Origin: Myxococcota bacterium
GTDB lineage: Bacteria > Myxococcota_A > UBA9160 > JAFDDA01
Direction: 5' to 3'
Length of the DNA: 64,000 nucleotides
Assembly (NCBI GenBank): GCA_965228475.1
Contig: OZ245817.1
Span: forward strand, 1,216,001 to 1,280,000
The notes beneath the pieces are model-generated. The model saw nothing but the letters and a program-made list of their open reading frames with translations, did no database searches and was not told the DNA's origin. The stretch's first letter is position 1, and the number at the start of each line of letters is the position of its first letter. The position numbers were made by a program, and so were the translations under genes. Of this stretch, positions 54,586 through 64,000 are shown piece after piece.

Positions 54586-56745
54586 ATGCGGGAGGGGTCC
54601 ACGCGCGTTCTTCGAGTCCTCGGGCTGTGCGCCTTGGGGGGGCTTGCCCTCGCCTGCAATCGGGTCGAGACGACCGCGGCGCCGAGTCCGGCTCCGGCGG
54701 CCGCGCAGGAGGCCAACGGCCCGAAGCCCGACGTCCTGTTCGTGACCATCGACACGCTCCGGGCCGATCACGTCGGCGCCTACGGCGCGGACTTCGCCCG
54801 GACGCCGACGCTCGATTCCCTCGCCGCCGCGGGGGTCCGCTTCGAGACCGCGATCGCCGCGACGCCCATCACGCTGCCTTCCCACGCGACCCTGCTGACG
54901 GGCACGCGGCCGCCGCGCCACGGCGTGCGACACAACGGAACGTTCAAACTCGGCGAAGAGCTCCCGACCCTGGCCGAAGGCTTCGCCGCGGCGGGCTACC
55001 GCACCGCGGCGGTGGTCGGCGCCGTGGTCCTGCGCGCGCGCTACGGGCTCGCGCGCGGGTTCGAGCACTACGACGACCGCATCGGAACCCGGAAGGCCGG
55101 GTCCGCCGGATTCCTCGAACGGACGGCCCGCGAGGTCACCGACGCCGCGCTCGCCCGGCTCGCGGCGGCCGACGACGCGCCGATCTTCCTCTGGGTGCAC
55201 TACTACGACCCGCACCTCGACCACCGCGCACCGCCGGAGTTCGCGGAGCGCTTCCCCGGGCGTCCCTACGACGCGGAGATCGCCTACGTCGACGCGGAGC
55301 TCGGCCGCCTGCTCGCGGGCTTCGCCGAGCGCGGCCGCGAGCCGCTCGTCTCGGTGACCTCCGACCACGGCGAGAGCCTCGGCGAACACGGCGAACTCAA
55401 TCACGGACTCACCCTCTACGACGCCGTGACCCGCGTGCCCTGGATCGTCGCGGGCCCCGGGGTTCCGGAGGGAAGCGTCGTTGCGGGGATCGCCCGCGCC
55501 GTCGACGTCGCGCCGACGCTCCTCGCGCTCGCGGACCTGCCCGCCCCGTCGACCGCGGAGGGCGTGGATCTTTCGGCCGCCTTCGTCGGGGGCCGCACCG
55601 AGGTCGACTGGGCCTACGCCGAGAGCCTTCTGCCCGAGCTCGACTTCGGCTGGGCGCCGCTGCACGCGATCCGGACGCCGGACCGCCTCTACGTGCGGGC
55701 GCCGCGCCCCGAGCTCTACGCCGTCCGGGAGGATCCCGGCCAGGAGCGCGACCTCGCGGGCCGCGCCGAGTCCGCCGTCGAAATGGAGCGGCTCGACGCC
55801 CACGTGGCGACCGTGCTCGCGAGCGAGGCAGGGGAGGGCGCGCCGTCGCGCATCGCCCTCGATCCCGACGAGCGCGCGCGTCTCCAGGCGCTCGGCTACG
55901 CCCTGCCCGAGGCACCCGTGGCAGCGACCGGCCTCGATCCGAAGGACGGCCTCCGCCACCAGACCCTCGTTCAGTCTGGCGCACACGCCCTGGCCGAGGG
56001 GCGCTACGCCGAGGCCGAGACCTCGCTCCGGCGCTTCCTCGAAGTCGCGCCCGAGAGCGCCCGCGCCCACGGTCTGCTCGCTTCGACGCTGCTCTACTCG
56101 GGGCGCGCCAAGGAAGCGCTGCCCCACGCGGACCGCGCCATCGAGATCGACCCGCGCCCGGCCCACCGCTACGCCGAGCGCGCGGAGATCCGCCTGCTCA
56201 CCGGGGACGAGGCGGGCGCCCGGGAGGACTTCGAGCGCGCCGAGGCGATCGACCCCGAGGATGCCTGGGTGCAGATGGGCGTGCTCTGGCTGCGGCTGCG
56301 CGAGGGAGCCTTCCCCGCCGCGGCCGAGGCCGCGCGCCGGGCCTTCGCCCTGGCACCGAACGACGCCTTCGTGCGGCTGCGCGTCGGGCTGCTCTGGCGC
56401 GAGGCCGGTGCCTTCCGTCCGGCGCTCGAGAGCTTCCGCGACGCCGTCCGCCTGCGGCCGGACTTCGAACTCGCGCAGATGCACCTGGCCCTCGAGTTCG
56501 CGCGGATCGGTCAGGCCGAGGCCGCGCTGACGCATCACCGGAAGGCCGGTGCCCACCGCTACGACCTCTCCCTCGCGACTCCGCTGGCCATGGCCTTCGC
56601 GGCCGCGGGCGAACTCGAAGCGAGCCGCGCCCTCCTGGCGAAGCTCGAAGCGAAGCACCCGGACGACCCCCGCGTCGCCCGGGCCCGGCAGTTCCTCGAA
56701 CGGGCCGAAGGCCCGAATCCCTCGAAGCAAGGAGAAGGGACGTGA
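54586..56745 (+). CDS. Sulfatase-like (alkaline phosphatase superfamily) hydrolase/transferase lipoprotein with TPR repeats (1)
   Basis: Lipobox LALAC; VTIDTLRADH, PITLPSHATLLTG, HYYDPH, TSDHGESLGEHGE; C-terminal TPRs. Confidence 0.85.
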   Translation: MREGSTRVLRVLGLCALGGLALACNRVETTAAPSPAPAAAQEANGPKPDVLFVTIDTLRADHVGAYGADFARTPTLDSLAAAGVRFETAIAATPITLPSHATLLTGTRPPRHGVRHNGTFKLGEELPTLAEGFAAAGYRTAAVVGAVVLRARYGLARGFEHYDDRIGTRKAGSAGFLERTAREVTDAALARLAAADDAPIFLWVHYYDPHLDHRAPPEFAERFPGRPYDAEIAYVDAELGRLLAGFAERGREPLVSVTSDHGESLGEHGELNHGLTLYDAVTRVPWIVAGPGVPEGSVVAGIARAVDVAPTLLALADLPAPSTAEGVDLSAAFVGGRTEVDWAYAESLLPELDFGWAPLHAIRTPDRLYVRAPRPELYAVREDPGQERDLAGRAESAVEMERLDAHVATVLASEAGEGAPSRIALDPDERARLQALGYALPEAPVAATGLDPKDGLRHQTLVQSGAHALAEGRYAEAETSLRRFLEVAPESARAHGLLASTLLYSGRAKEALPHADRAIEIDPRPAHRYAERAEIRLLTGDEAGAREDFERAEAIDPEDAWVQMGVLWLRLREGAFPAAAEAARRAFALAPNDAFVRLRVGLLWREAGAFRPALESFRDAVRLRPDFELAQMHLALEFARIGQAEAALTHHRKAGAHRYDLSLATPLAMAFAAAGELEASRALLAKLEAKHPDDPRVARARQFLERAEGPNPSKQGEGT

Positions 56746-58892
56746 CGTCTCTCGCCCGAACCCTCGTGAATCTCCGCCGCCTCGGCGCTGCACTCTGGCT
56801 CCTGCCGGGGCTGGCACTGCCCGGTTGCAACCTGATCGACACGTCGCCGAAGCCGCCGGCCGATGCGACCTCCGTCGTCCTGGTGACGATCGATACGCTC
56901 CGGGCCGACCACGTCGGCGCCTACGGCGCGGACTTCGCCCGGACGCCGACGCTCGATGCACTCGCCGCCGAGGGCGTGCTCTTCGAGACCGCGATCACCG
57001 CGACGCCGCTGACGCTGCCCTCCCACGCGACGCTCTTCACCGGGCAGGACGCGCCGCAGCACGGCGTGCGCCACAACGGCACGTTCCGCCTCGCCGAAGA
57101 GGCCACCACCCTGGCCGAGCGATTCCAGGCGGCCGGCTGGTCGACGGGCGCCTTCATCGGCGCGGTCGTCCTGAAGGCGCGTTTCGGCCTCGCCCAGGGC
57201 TTCGACGTCTACGACGACGACGTGCAGGGCAAGAAGTCCGCGCCCGGCGGCTTCGTCGAGCGCACCGCCGGCGAGGTCGTGGACGCGGCGACCGCCTGGC
57301 TCGATCGCACGGAAGGCCCGTTCTTCCTGTGGCTCCACGTCTACGACCCGCACATGGATCACCGGGCGCCCGAGCCCTTCGCGTCCCAGTTCCCGGATCG
57401 CCCCTACGATGCGGAGATCGCCTACACCGACGCGCAGATGGGCCGGCTCGTCGAACACCTCCGCGCGCGCGGCCGCCTCGACGACACCCTGGTCGTGATG
57501 ACCTCGGACCACGGCGAGAGCCTCGGCGAGCACGGCGAGCGCACGCACTCGACGGCGCTCTACGATTCGGTCCTGAAGATCCCGCTGATCCTGCGCGGGC
57601 CGGGGCTTCCCGCGGGCCGCGTCGTGCCCGGCGTCGTCCGGCTGAAGGACGTCGCCCCGACGATCCTCGGCCAGGCGGGCCTGCCCGCGCTCGAGGCGAG
57701 CGACGGCGTCGACCTGACGCCGCGCTTCCGGGCGGAAGCGCCCGGGGAGCCGCTCACGGCCTACTCCGAGACGCTCGCGACCCTGCTCGACCACGGCTGG
57801 GCGCCGCTGCACTCCATCCGCACGGACGAGTGGCTCTACGTGCGCTCGCCGCGCCCGGAGCTCTACGCGGTGGAGGAAGATCCCCGCCAGCTCGACAACC
57901 TGGTCGACTCCGCACCCGAACGCGCACAGCCTCACCAGGAGCGGCTCGATGCGGAGGTCGAGACGACCCTCGCCGGTGAGCAGCAGAGCACCACCCTCGA
58001 GCTCGACGCCACGACGCGCGATCAGCTCCACGCCCTCGGCTACGCCGTCACCGAAGCGCCCGTGCAGGAGACGGGCATCGACCCGAAGGACGGCCGCAAG
58101 TACCTGCCGATTCTCCATCGCGCGATGGCCGCCTACGAGGCCGGGAACTCGGAGCTGGCCGAGAAGCTCTTCCTGAAGGTGGCCGAGAAGCTCCCGGGGA
58201 GCGCACGCACCCACTCCCAGCTGGCGTCGATCTACTATCACGATGGACGACCGAAGCGGGCGCTGCGCCACGTGGAGCTCGCGATCTCCCTCGACCCGCG
58301 CATGGCGATGAACCACGCCGTCCGCGCGGAGATCCTGCTCGGCATGGGGCGGCGCGCCGACGCGCGCGAGGCCTATCGCGAGGCGATCACCCTGGATCCG
58401 GCGGCGCCGTGGTCGAAGGTCGGCGCGATGTGGGAAGCGCTCGAAGACGAAAAGCCCGAGGTCGCGGCCCGCTTCGCGCGGGAGGCGCTCGACGACGACC
58501 CGGGCAACACGGGCGTCTTCCTGCGCGTGGCCTCACTCTGGGCCGAGCATGGCGTCTACGAGGAGGCGGCCCGGGTACTCGAGGAGGCGCTCGTGGCCAA
58601 CCCGCGCTCGAGCTTCACCCGCATGCGTCTGGCGATCGAGTACGCGCGCACGAAGCGTCCCGAGCAGGCCCTCGCGGAGCTCGAGCTCGCCGGGCGGCAT
58701 GCCACGAACCCGAAGCTCGGCACGGCCCTCGGCCGCGCCTTCGCCTCGGTCGGGGATTTCGCCCGGGCCGAGACGCAGCTTCGCGCCGTCCTGGCCGAGC
58801 ACCCCGACTCCGCGTTCGCCCAGGAATCCCTGGCGCGCGTGACGGCGTGGCAGGAGAAGCTCGCGGCACCCGAGGGTGCCGGCAGCGGCTAG
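56742..58892 (+). CDS. Sulfatase-like hydrolase/transferase lipoprotein with TPR repeats (2)
   Basis: GTGA overlap; lipobox LPGC; VTIDTLRADH, PLTLPSHATLFTG, HVYDPH, TSDHGESLGEHGE; TPRs; paralog of the preceding gene. Confidence 0.85.
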   Translation: MTSLARTLVNLRRLGAALWLLPGLALPGCNLIDTSPKPPADATSVVLVTIDTLRADHVGAYGADFARTPTLDALAAEGVLFETAITATPLTLPSHATLFTGQDAPQHGVRHNGTFRLAEEATTLAERFQAAGWSTGAFIGAVVLKARFGLAQGFDVYDDDVQGKKSAPGGFVERTAGEVVDAATAWLDRTEGPFFLWLHVYDPHMDHRAPEPFASQFPDRPYDAEIAYTDAQMGRLVEHLRARGRLDDTLVVMTSDHGESLGEHGERTHSTALYDSVLKIPLILRGPGLPAGRVVPGVVRLKDVAPTILGQAGLPALEASDGVDLTPRFRAEAPGEPLTAYSETLATLLDHGWAPLHSIRTDEWLYVRSPRPELYAVEEDPRQLDNLVDSAPERAQPHQERLDAEVETTLAGEQQSTTLELDATTRDQLHALGYAVTEAPVQETGIDPKDGRKYLPILHRAMAAYEAGNSELAEKLFLKVAEKLPGSARTHSQLASIYYHDGRPKRALRHVELAISLDPRMAMNHAVRAEILLGMGRRADAREAYREAITLDPAAPWSKVGAMWEALEDEKPEVAARFAREALDDDPGNTGVFLRVASLWAEHGVYEEAARVLEEALVANPRSSFTRMRLAIEYARTKRPEQALAELELAGRHATNPKLGTALGRAFASVGDFARAETQLRAVLAEHPDSAFAQESLARVTAWQEKLAAPEGAGSG

Positions 58893-58911
58893 CCGAGGCG
58901 GCGCCAGGGCG

Positions 58912-59400
58912 TCAGCAGGGGAAGAGCAGGATCACCCGCGTCCCGAGACCCGGATCCGAATCGACGCGCAGGGCGCCGCCCTGGGCACGCATCAGTCGCC
59001 GCGCGACGAACAGGTCGACGCTGCGCGGCGCGCCGGTGTCGTGCACTTCGACGAAGACGTAGAGCCCCGGTGCCAGGCCGCGCAGCAGACAGTCGCGCGG
59101 GTAGGTCGGCGAGGCGAACGGCACGTCGTGCCGCGCGATGCCGGTGCTGACGGAGACCGTGCCCCACTCGTCACCGATGGCGTGGGTCGCGTCGTCGAGC
59201 AGCTCGTCGAGGATTTCGCGGACGGCGCCCGAATCGAGACCCACCCAGGGGAGCCGCTCGGGCAGGTCGACGTCGAGTCCGGCGCGCAGCGAGTCGGCCG
59301 GTGCGCGCTTGGCGAGCGTGTCGCGAACGAGGACCGAAAGGTCCGTCGGGTGGAGCTTCTGGCGGCGGACCTGGCTTTCGACTCTCGACGTGTCGGGCAT
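58912..59400 (-). CDS. Stand-alone degenerate HATPase_c domain protein
   Basis: DLSVLVRD, LPERLPWV, EILDELLDDATHAI, LAPGLYVFVEVHDTG, GGALRVDSDPGLGTRVILLFP; ATG 59400 after ggagg. Confidence 0.65.
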   Translation of the reverse strand: MPDTSRVESQVRRQKLHPTDLSVLVRDTLAKRAPADSLRAGLDVDLPERLPWVGLDSGAVREILDELLDDATHAIGDEWGTVSVSTGIARHDVPFASPTYPRDCLLRGLAPGLYVFVEVHDTGAPRSVDLFVARRLMRAQGGALRVDSDPGLGTRVILLFPC

Positions 59401-59537
59401 TGGGGGTACCTCCTCCGGCAAACTAGCCGCTGGTCGGGCGCGGGGTCGTCGGGGATTGGATGCATTGGACTCCCGATCGATTCGAGTCGAACGAAAGCCA
59501 GGGGTCGGCGCCGGGCGGCGCCCGCTAGACTCCCGCC

Positions 59538-60137
59538 ATGCCCGAGGAGAGCGAGAAGACCCCGCTGCGCGGAAAAGCGGCCACCCAGGAGCGGATCCTG
59601 GTGGCGGCGACGGAGCTCTTCCTCACGGCCGGCTACGAGCGCACCACCATGGCCGAGGTCGGCGAGCACGCCGGCGTCTCCCGGGCCACGGTGTTCTGGC
59701 ACTTCAGCGACAAGGCGAGCCTCTTCCGCGAGGCCTTCAACCGGCTGCTCGAACCGATCCGCGCCTCCCTGGCCCGGGACTTCGGCGACCTCCCCCCGCA
59801 CAAGGAGCTCGAGGAGCGCGTGGCGGTCTACGACCGCTTCGTCGCCGAGCACCGGGAGGCGATCATCGGCTTCGTGCGCTGGGCGATGGAGGCGACGGAC
59901 TCGCGTGAGTGGCTGATCGCCACCCTGCTCGATCTCCATCAGCGCTTCGTCGGCGGGTTGACGGAGACGGTGGCGCGCTGCATCGGGGAGGGGGGGGAAG
60001 CCAAGGCGCTGGCCCTCGGCCTCGCGGTCGCCATGGACGGCGACCTCTTCCTCTCGTTCTTCGACCCTTCGCCGCGGCGCGGCGAGGACCGCAAGGCCGC
60101 CATCGCGGCGCTCCTCGAGAAGATCCGCGCGCGCTAG
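59538..60137 (+). CDS. TetR/AcrR family transcriptional regulator
   Basis: TQERILVAATELF...TTMAEVGEHAGVSRATVFWHFSDKASL. Confidence 0.92.
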   Translation: MPEESEKTPLRGKAATQERILVAATELFLTAGYERTTMAEVGEHAGVSRATVFWHFSDKASLFREAFNRLLEPIRASLARDFGDLPPHKELEERVAVYDRFVAEHREAIIGFVRWAMEATDSREWLIATLLDLHQRFVGGLTETVARCIGEGGEAKALALGLAVAMDGDLFLSFFDPSPRRGEDRKAAIAALLEKIRAR

Positions 60138-60146
60138 CCGGCGCCG

Positions 60147-61796
60147 TTAGCGCGAGTCCGGGATCGCGAGCTCGAGTTCCTTGTCCTGATCCGGGGTGCG
60201 GGCGCGCTCCCGTTCGCGTTCGATCTGCGCCGCGAGCTTCTTTCGCAGGCGCTCCTTGATGTCCTCGATCAGCGCGGCGTTCTCCTGCCGGATCTCCTCG
60301 AGTTCCTCGGCCATGCGCTGCTCCCGCGGGACCGGCTCGAAGTCGACGCGGAGCGTCTCGACGTGCTCCTTCCCGCCGTAGAGCACGGCGACGAGCTCGA
60401 TCTCGTTGCGGCCCTCGACGAGCGGAATCTCGCCGTAGAAGCTGCCGTCGATGCCGGTGTGGACGTAGTCGGTCTCCTTGCCGCTGGTGCGGTTGGCGAT
60501 CTTCACGCGGTCCACGAAGGAGAGCGCCGTGGCGCGCAGGAGCGGGATGATGTCCGCGGGGTTGTCGAGTTCCGTGCAGGTTCCGCCCGTTTCGCGCGCG
60601 ACCCACTGGACGGTCGGGTCGAGCTTTCCCGTCACGACGTCCTTGCCGAGGGCGAAGGTGTGGACGCGCACGCCGTGGCGCGCGGCGAAGGCCGCCGCCT
60701 TGCGCGCGGCGCGCACGGCCTTCTCGCGGTCGTAGGGGAGGCGCGGCTTCCCGTCGGTGAGGAAGTAGACGACGCGGTCGGCCTCTTCGTCCGGGATGGC
60801 CTCGTCCGCGGGCGGGTCCACGAGCTCGAGCGTCGCGAGCGTCAGGCCGGCGGCGTAGTCCGTCATGCCTTCGCCGCCGCGCGCGGCCAGGGCGTCGAGG
60901 GCGGCGAGCGTGGCTTCGTAGTCTCGCGTGAGCGGTGCCTCGAGGGTGGCGTCGCGCTCGGCCAGCGCGCGCAGGGAAGCCTCGTCGAGGGGCAGGTCGC
61001 GGTCCGGCGGGTTCAGGAGCAGGGCGTCGTCGCCGGAGAAGGCCACCACGCCGACGCGGATCCGGCGCCCGTCGCGGTTTCCCGGCAGCCGCTCGACGGC
61101 GCGGACGAACTCCCGGGCCGCGCGGGTCTGGGCGTGGAGGATCGAGTCCCGCGTCCTCCAGTCGTCATGGAGCACGCCGTCGCCGTCGACGTCCGCCAGG
61201 GCGAACTCTCCGGTCGAAGCCGAGACGTCGATCACGATCATCACGTCGAAGCGGCCCGAGGAGCCGCTCGTGTGGGCGAGCCCGGCCACGGGGAGGCGCG
61301 GGTCGTAGTGCTGGCGGGTGGCCTCGCCGACGGTCGGACTCGAGAGCGCCAGCGTCACCTTTTCGGGCGGCCGGAATAAGGAGGCGATCCGCCGGAAGAA
61401 GCCCGGCCTCTCCCGCTCCTTCACCTCGCGGGCGACCTCGAGGGTGGCCTCGGGCTCGAAGTCGAAGCGGTCCGTGTGGGCTTCGGGGACGCCGGCCGGC
61501 GGACGCGCGGAGACCTCCCAATCGGCCGGGAGCAGCACCGTCCAGGCTGCGGAGACGAAGCCGACGGTGCCGTCCTCCAGCCGGATCTGGTGCCACTCGG
61601 CGCCCGACTCGACCAGCCGCGCCCGGTCTCCGGGGCGGAGACTCCCGACGTCGGCGCCGGCCCGGCCGGCGGCAGCGCGCACGATCACCCGGCTCGTCAC
61701 CTGGTCCGATGGCACGACGGCCTGGCCGAGCGCGGAGGCGGCCGGGAGGCCGAGCAGCGCCAGCAGCAGGAGGAGACGGATGCCCTGGACCTTCAT
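60147..61796 (-). CDS. Secreted SH3b + von Willebrand factor A domain protein with coiled-coil tail
   Basis: Signal peptide; VRAAAG...EWHQIRLEDGTVGFVSAAW (SH3_3); MIDAS DVSAS...T...FLTDG. Confidence 0.8.
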   Translation of the reverse strand: MKVQGIRLLLLLALLGLPAASALGQAVVPSDQVTSRVIVRAAAGRAGADVGSLRPGDRARLVESGAEWHQIRLEDGTVGFVSAAWTVLLPADWEVSARPPAGVPEAHTDRFDFEPEATLEVAREVKERERPGFFRRIASLFRPPEKVTLALSSPTVGEATRQHYDPRLPVAGLAHTSGSSGRFDVMIVIDVSASTGEFALADVDGDGVLHDDWRTRDSILHAQTRAAREFVRAVERLPGNRDGRRIRVGVVAFSGDDALLLNPPDRDLPLDEASLRALAERDATLEAPLTRDYEATLAALDALAARGGEGMTDYAAGLTLATLELVDPPADEAIPDEEADRVVYFLTDGKPRLPYDREKAVRAARKAAAFAARHGVRVHTFALGKDVVTGKLDPTVQWVARETGGTCTELDNPADIIPLLRATALSFVDRVKIANRTSGKETDYVHTGIDGSFYGEIPLVEGRNEIELVAVLYGGKEHVETLRVDFEPVPREQRMAEELEEIRQENAALIEDIKERLRKKLAAQIERERERARTPDQDKELELAIPDSR

Positions 61797-61937
61797 GCCG
61801 GAATCCTACCCTCTCCACGGGCACGCCCCACGGCCGGAGGCATCGCGACCGGCAGCTTCCGCGCGCGCGCGCGGCAAGGCCGCGGCACGGCGTGTGCGGT
61901 CCGTGAGCCGGGGCAACGAAGGTGGGGGTGGGGTACG

Positions 61938-62011
61938 TGGATCCCCGGGAAGGATTCGAACCTTCACAAGCAGAGTCAGAGTCTGCTGTCCTGCCATTAG
62001 ACGACCGGGGA
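61938..62011 (-). tRNA. tRNA-Gln(CTG)
   Basis: Reverse complement TCCCCGGTCGTCTAATGGCAGGACAGCAGACTCTGACTCTGCTTGTGAAGGTTCGAATCCTTCCCGGGGATCCA; CTG anticodon, U1-A72 pair, CCA encoded; directly downstream of gltX. Confidence 0.95.
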
Positions 62012-62064
62012 TCACCGGGCCCGCGGCCGAGAGGCCGCTCGCCAGAAGGTAGGAGTAGCCGAGC

Positions 62065-62100
62065 CCCGCTTGGGCCTCAACTCCCGCTTGGGCCTCAACT
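62065..62100. repeat. 18-bp perfect tandem duplication spanning the gltX stop codon
   Basis: cccgcttgggcctcaact x2 (62065-82, 62083-62100). Confidence 0.9.
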
Positions 62101-63507
62101 CCGCCGTGCGATCTCCGCGAGGGCCTCGCCGAGCCGTGCGACCGCGCGCTCCTGGCCGAGCACGGCGGCGGTCTCGTAGATCGGCGGGGAGGCGGCCGAG
62201 CCGGTGAGGGCCACGCGCACGGGCTGGGCGAGCTTGCCGAGCTTGAGCCCGTCGCTCGCGGCCAGGGTCTCGGCGAAGGCGGCCTCGATGGCGGCTTCGT
62301 CCCAGGTGGGGAGCGCAGCGAGGCGCCCCTTCAGGTCCGTGAGCGGCGCCTCCGCCGCGGCCTTCAGATGCTTGGCGGCGGCCTTCTCCTCGAAGGCGAT
62401 GGCGTCGGACAGGAGCCAGCGCGTTTGCACGGCCATCTGCGAGAGGTCGTCGCTGCGTTCGCGCAGCAGGTCGAGCAGCTTCTCGAGCTCGGGCGTCCGC
62501 TCGACCGGCCCTCCGGCGACCGCCTCGAGCTGCGGTGCCAGGTGCGGCCAGAGTTCGTCGAGCGGCAGCGTTTTGATCCAATGCTGGTTGCTCGCCACGA
62601 GCTTCGCGAGATCGCATTGGGCGTTGCTCTTGTGGACCTCCGGCAGGTCGAACAGCCGGACGAGGTCTTCGCGCGTGAAGACCTCCTGGTCGCCGTGGCT
62701 CCAGCCGAGCCGCGCGAGCCAGGAGAGCATGGCTTCGGGCAGCACGCCCTCGTCGCGGAAGTGCTGGATGGCGACGGGGTCGCGCCGCTTGCTGAGCTTC
62801 TTGCCCCCCGCCCCGACGAGCAGCGGCACGTGGGCGAACACGGGCGGCTCCGCCCCGAGCGCGCGGTAGAGCGCGATCTGGAGCGAGGTGTTGTTCAGGT
62901 GGTCCGCGCCGCGGATCACGTGGGTGATGCCCATCTCGATGTCGTCGACCACGACGGCGACGTGGTAGAGCGCGCCCCCGTCGCTTCGGCGGATGATCCG
63001 GTCGCCGATCTCGCGCGCGTCCTGTCCGCTCGCGCCGAAGACGGCGTCCTCGAAGCCGAGCATCCCGCTCTCGGGCACGCGGATGCGCACCGTGTGTTCG
63101 CCGCAGTCGGGGCCGTGGTTCGCGTCGCGGCAGCGCCCGTCGTAGGTCCACTTCTCGCCGCGCGCGATGGTGGCCTCCTTGCGCGCCTCGAGGTCTTCCT
63201 TGCTGCAGGTGCAGCGGTAGGCCGAGCCTTCCGCGAGCATCCGTTCGATGGCGGCGGCGTAGAGCGCCGCGCGCTCGCTCTGGCGGAAGACCCCCTCGTC
63301 CCAGTCGATGCCGAGCCAGCGCAGGCCGTCGAGGACGGCCCGCTCGCTCTCCTCGGTCGAGCGCTCGCGGTCCGTGTCCTCCGAGCGCAGGACGAGCACG
63401 CCCCCGTGGCGGCGGGCGTAGGCCCAGTTGAACAGGGCCGTGCGGGCGCTTCCCAGGTGGAGGAAGCCCGTCGGGCTCGGGGCGAATCGGGTGCGGACGG
63501 TCGTCAT
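62095..63507 (-). CDS. gltX: Glutamate--tRNA ligase
   Basis: RFAPSPTGFLHLGSAR, RSEDTD, CTC, VVDD..MGITHVIRGADH, KKLSKR, PVRVALTG. Confidence 0.96.
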   Translation of the reverse strand: MTTVRTRFAPSPTGFLHLGSARTALFNWAYARRHGGVLVLRSEDTDRERSTEESERAVLDGLRWLGIDWDEGVFRQSERAALYAAAIERMLAEGSAYRCTCSKEDLEARKEATIARGEKWTYDGRCRDANHGPDCGEHTVRIRVPESGMLGFEDAVFGASGQDAREIGDRIIRRSDGGALYHVAVVVDDIEMGITHVIRGADHLNNTSLQIALYRALGAEPPVFAHVPLLVGAGGKKLSKRRDPVAIQHFRDEGVLPEAMLSWLARLGWSHGDQEVFTREDLVRLFDLPEVHKSNAQCDLAKLVASNQHWIKTLPLDELWPHLAPQLEAVAGGPVERTPELEKLLDLLRERSDDLSQMAVQTRWLLSDAIAFEEKAAAKHLKAAAEAPLTDLKGRLAALPTWDEAAIEAAFAETLAASDGLKLGKLAQPVRVALTGSAASPPIYETAAVLGQERAVARLGEALAEIARRS

Positions 63508-63598
63508 GGGCGCCGGATCTTAGCGGCCGCTGGCGGCCCGGCCCGGCCTCTGCGAGACTCCGGCGCCCGAAGTCACCGTATCGAAAGACCTTTTCAGG

Positions 63599-64000
63599 AT
63601 GAAGCTGCTCACCGACCGGATCACGGAAGAGCCCTCGGCCCATCGTTTCGAGCCGGATCCCGCCTGGTGGGAGGAGGCCGGCGCGCTCCTTCCGGAGCTC
63701 GCCTCGGCGGATCGGGGGGCTTTCTCCCTCCAGTTCGACGCCCACCGGATGGCCGAGGCCCTCTATCTGGAGGGCCGGGCCGAGGGCCGCGTGGAGCTCG
63801 AGTGCAGCCGCTGCCTTAAACGCTATTTTCTGCCGCTCCGCGAGGACTTCCGGCTGGTCCTGGAGCCCGCGGAGCAGCGCACACCGGCCGACCCCGAAGC
63901 CGCCGAAGCCCTGGCCCGCGATGGCCTGGCGCTCTCGGAGGATCTCGACACCGGCTGGTTCCGCGGCCTCGAAGTGGAGTTCGGCCCCTACTACAGAGAG
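63599..64000 (+). CDS. DUF177/YceD family protein (runs off the window end; not in ORF track)
   Basis: MKLLTDRITEEP...LYLEGRAEGRVELECSRCLK...EDLDTGWF; the CxRC motif is typical of DUF177; divergent from gltX. Confidence 0.8.
   Translation, partial: MKLLTDRITEEPSAHRFEPDPAWWEEAGALLPELASADRGAFSLQFDAHRMAEALYLEGRAEGRVELECSRCLKRYFLPLREDFRLVLEPAEQRTPADPEAAEALARDGLALSEDLDTGWFRGLEVEFGPYYRE

Overview
High-GC (roughly 70% by eye) bacterial chromosomal segment, most likely from a Myxococcota/deltaproteobacterial-type lineage. This is inferred from the pilA-pilG-pilH-pilI-pilD gene order, a Tgl/PilF-like TPR lipoprotein and a myxobacterial-style J-domain/TPR protein. Most of the window is core genome: hslU, argB/argF/argG, aspS, glpAB-like genes, mdh-sucCD, korAB, recO, glyQS, ppdK, gltX, a yceD-like gene, tRNA-Glu(CTC) and tRNA-Gln(CTG). 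Accessory modules are: a J-domain/TPR protein plus a lid-less Hsp70 and a PAS pseudo-kinase inside the arg cluster; DUF1329 and a YCF48-like lipoprotein with an inserted OmpA-like domain; lipid/sterol scavenging enzymes; a nucleotidyltransferase with an unannotated 50-aa partner ORF; two tandem ECF sigma factors behind a sigma54 promoter; and a type IV pilin locus with two pilins, flanked by two Thr-type sulfatase-like lipoproteins and a membrane SAM-dependent transferase. Non-coding signals include three copies of a ~100-bp palindromic repeat with covarying stems, and a recurrent TANNNT motif 6-9 nt before start codons that suggests many leaderless mRNAs. I saw no CRISPR array, integrase or transposase. 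All calls come from motif recognition by eye; no database searches were run.
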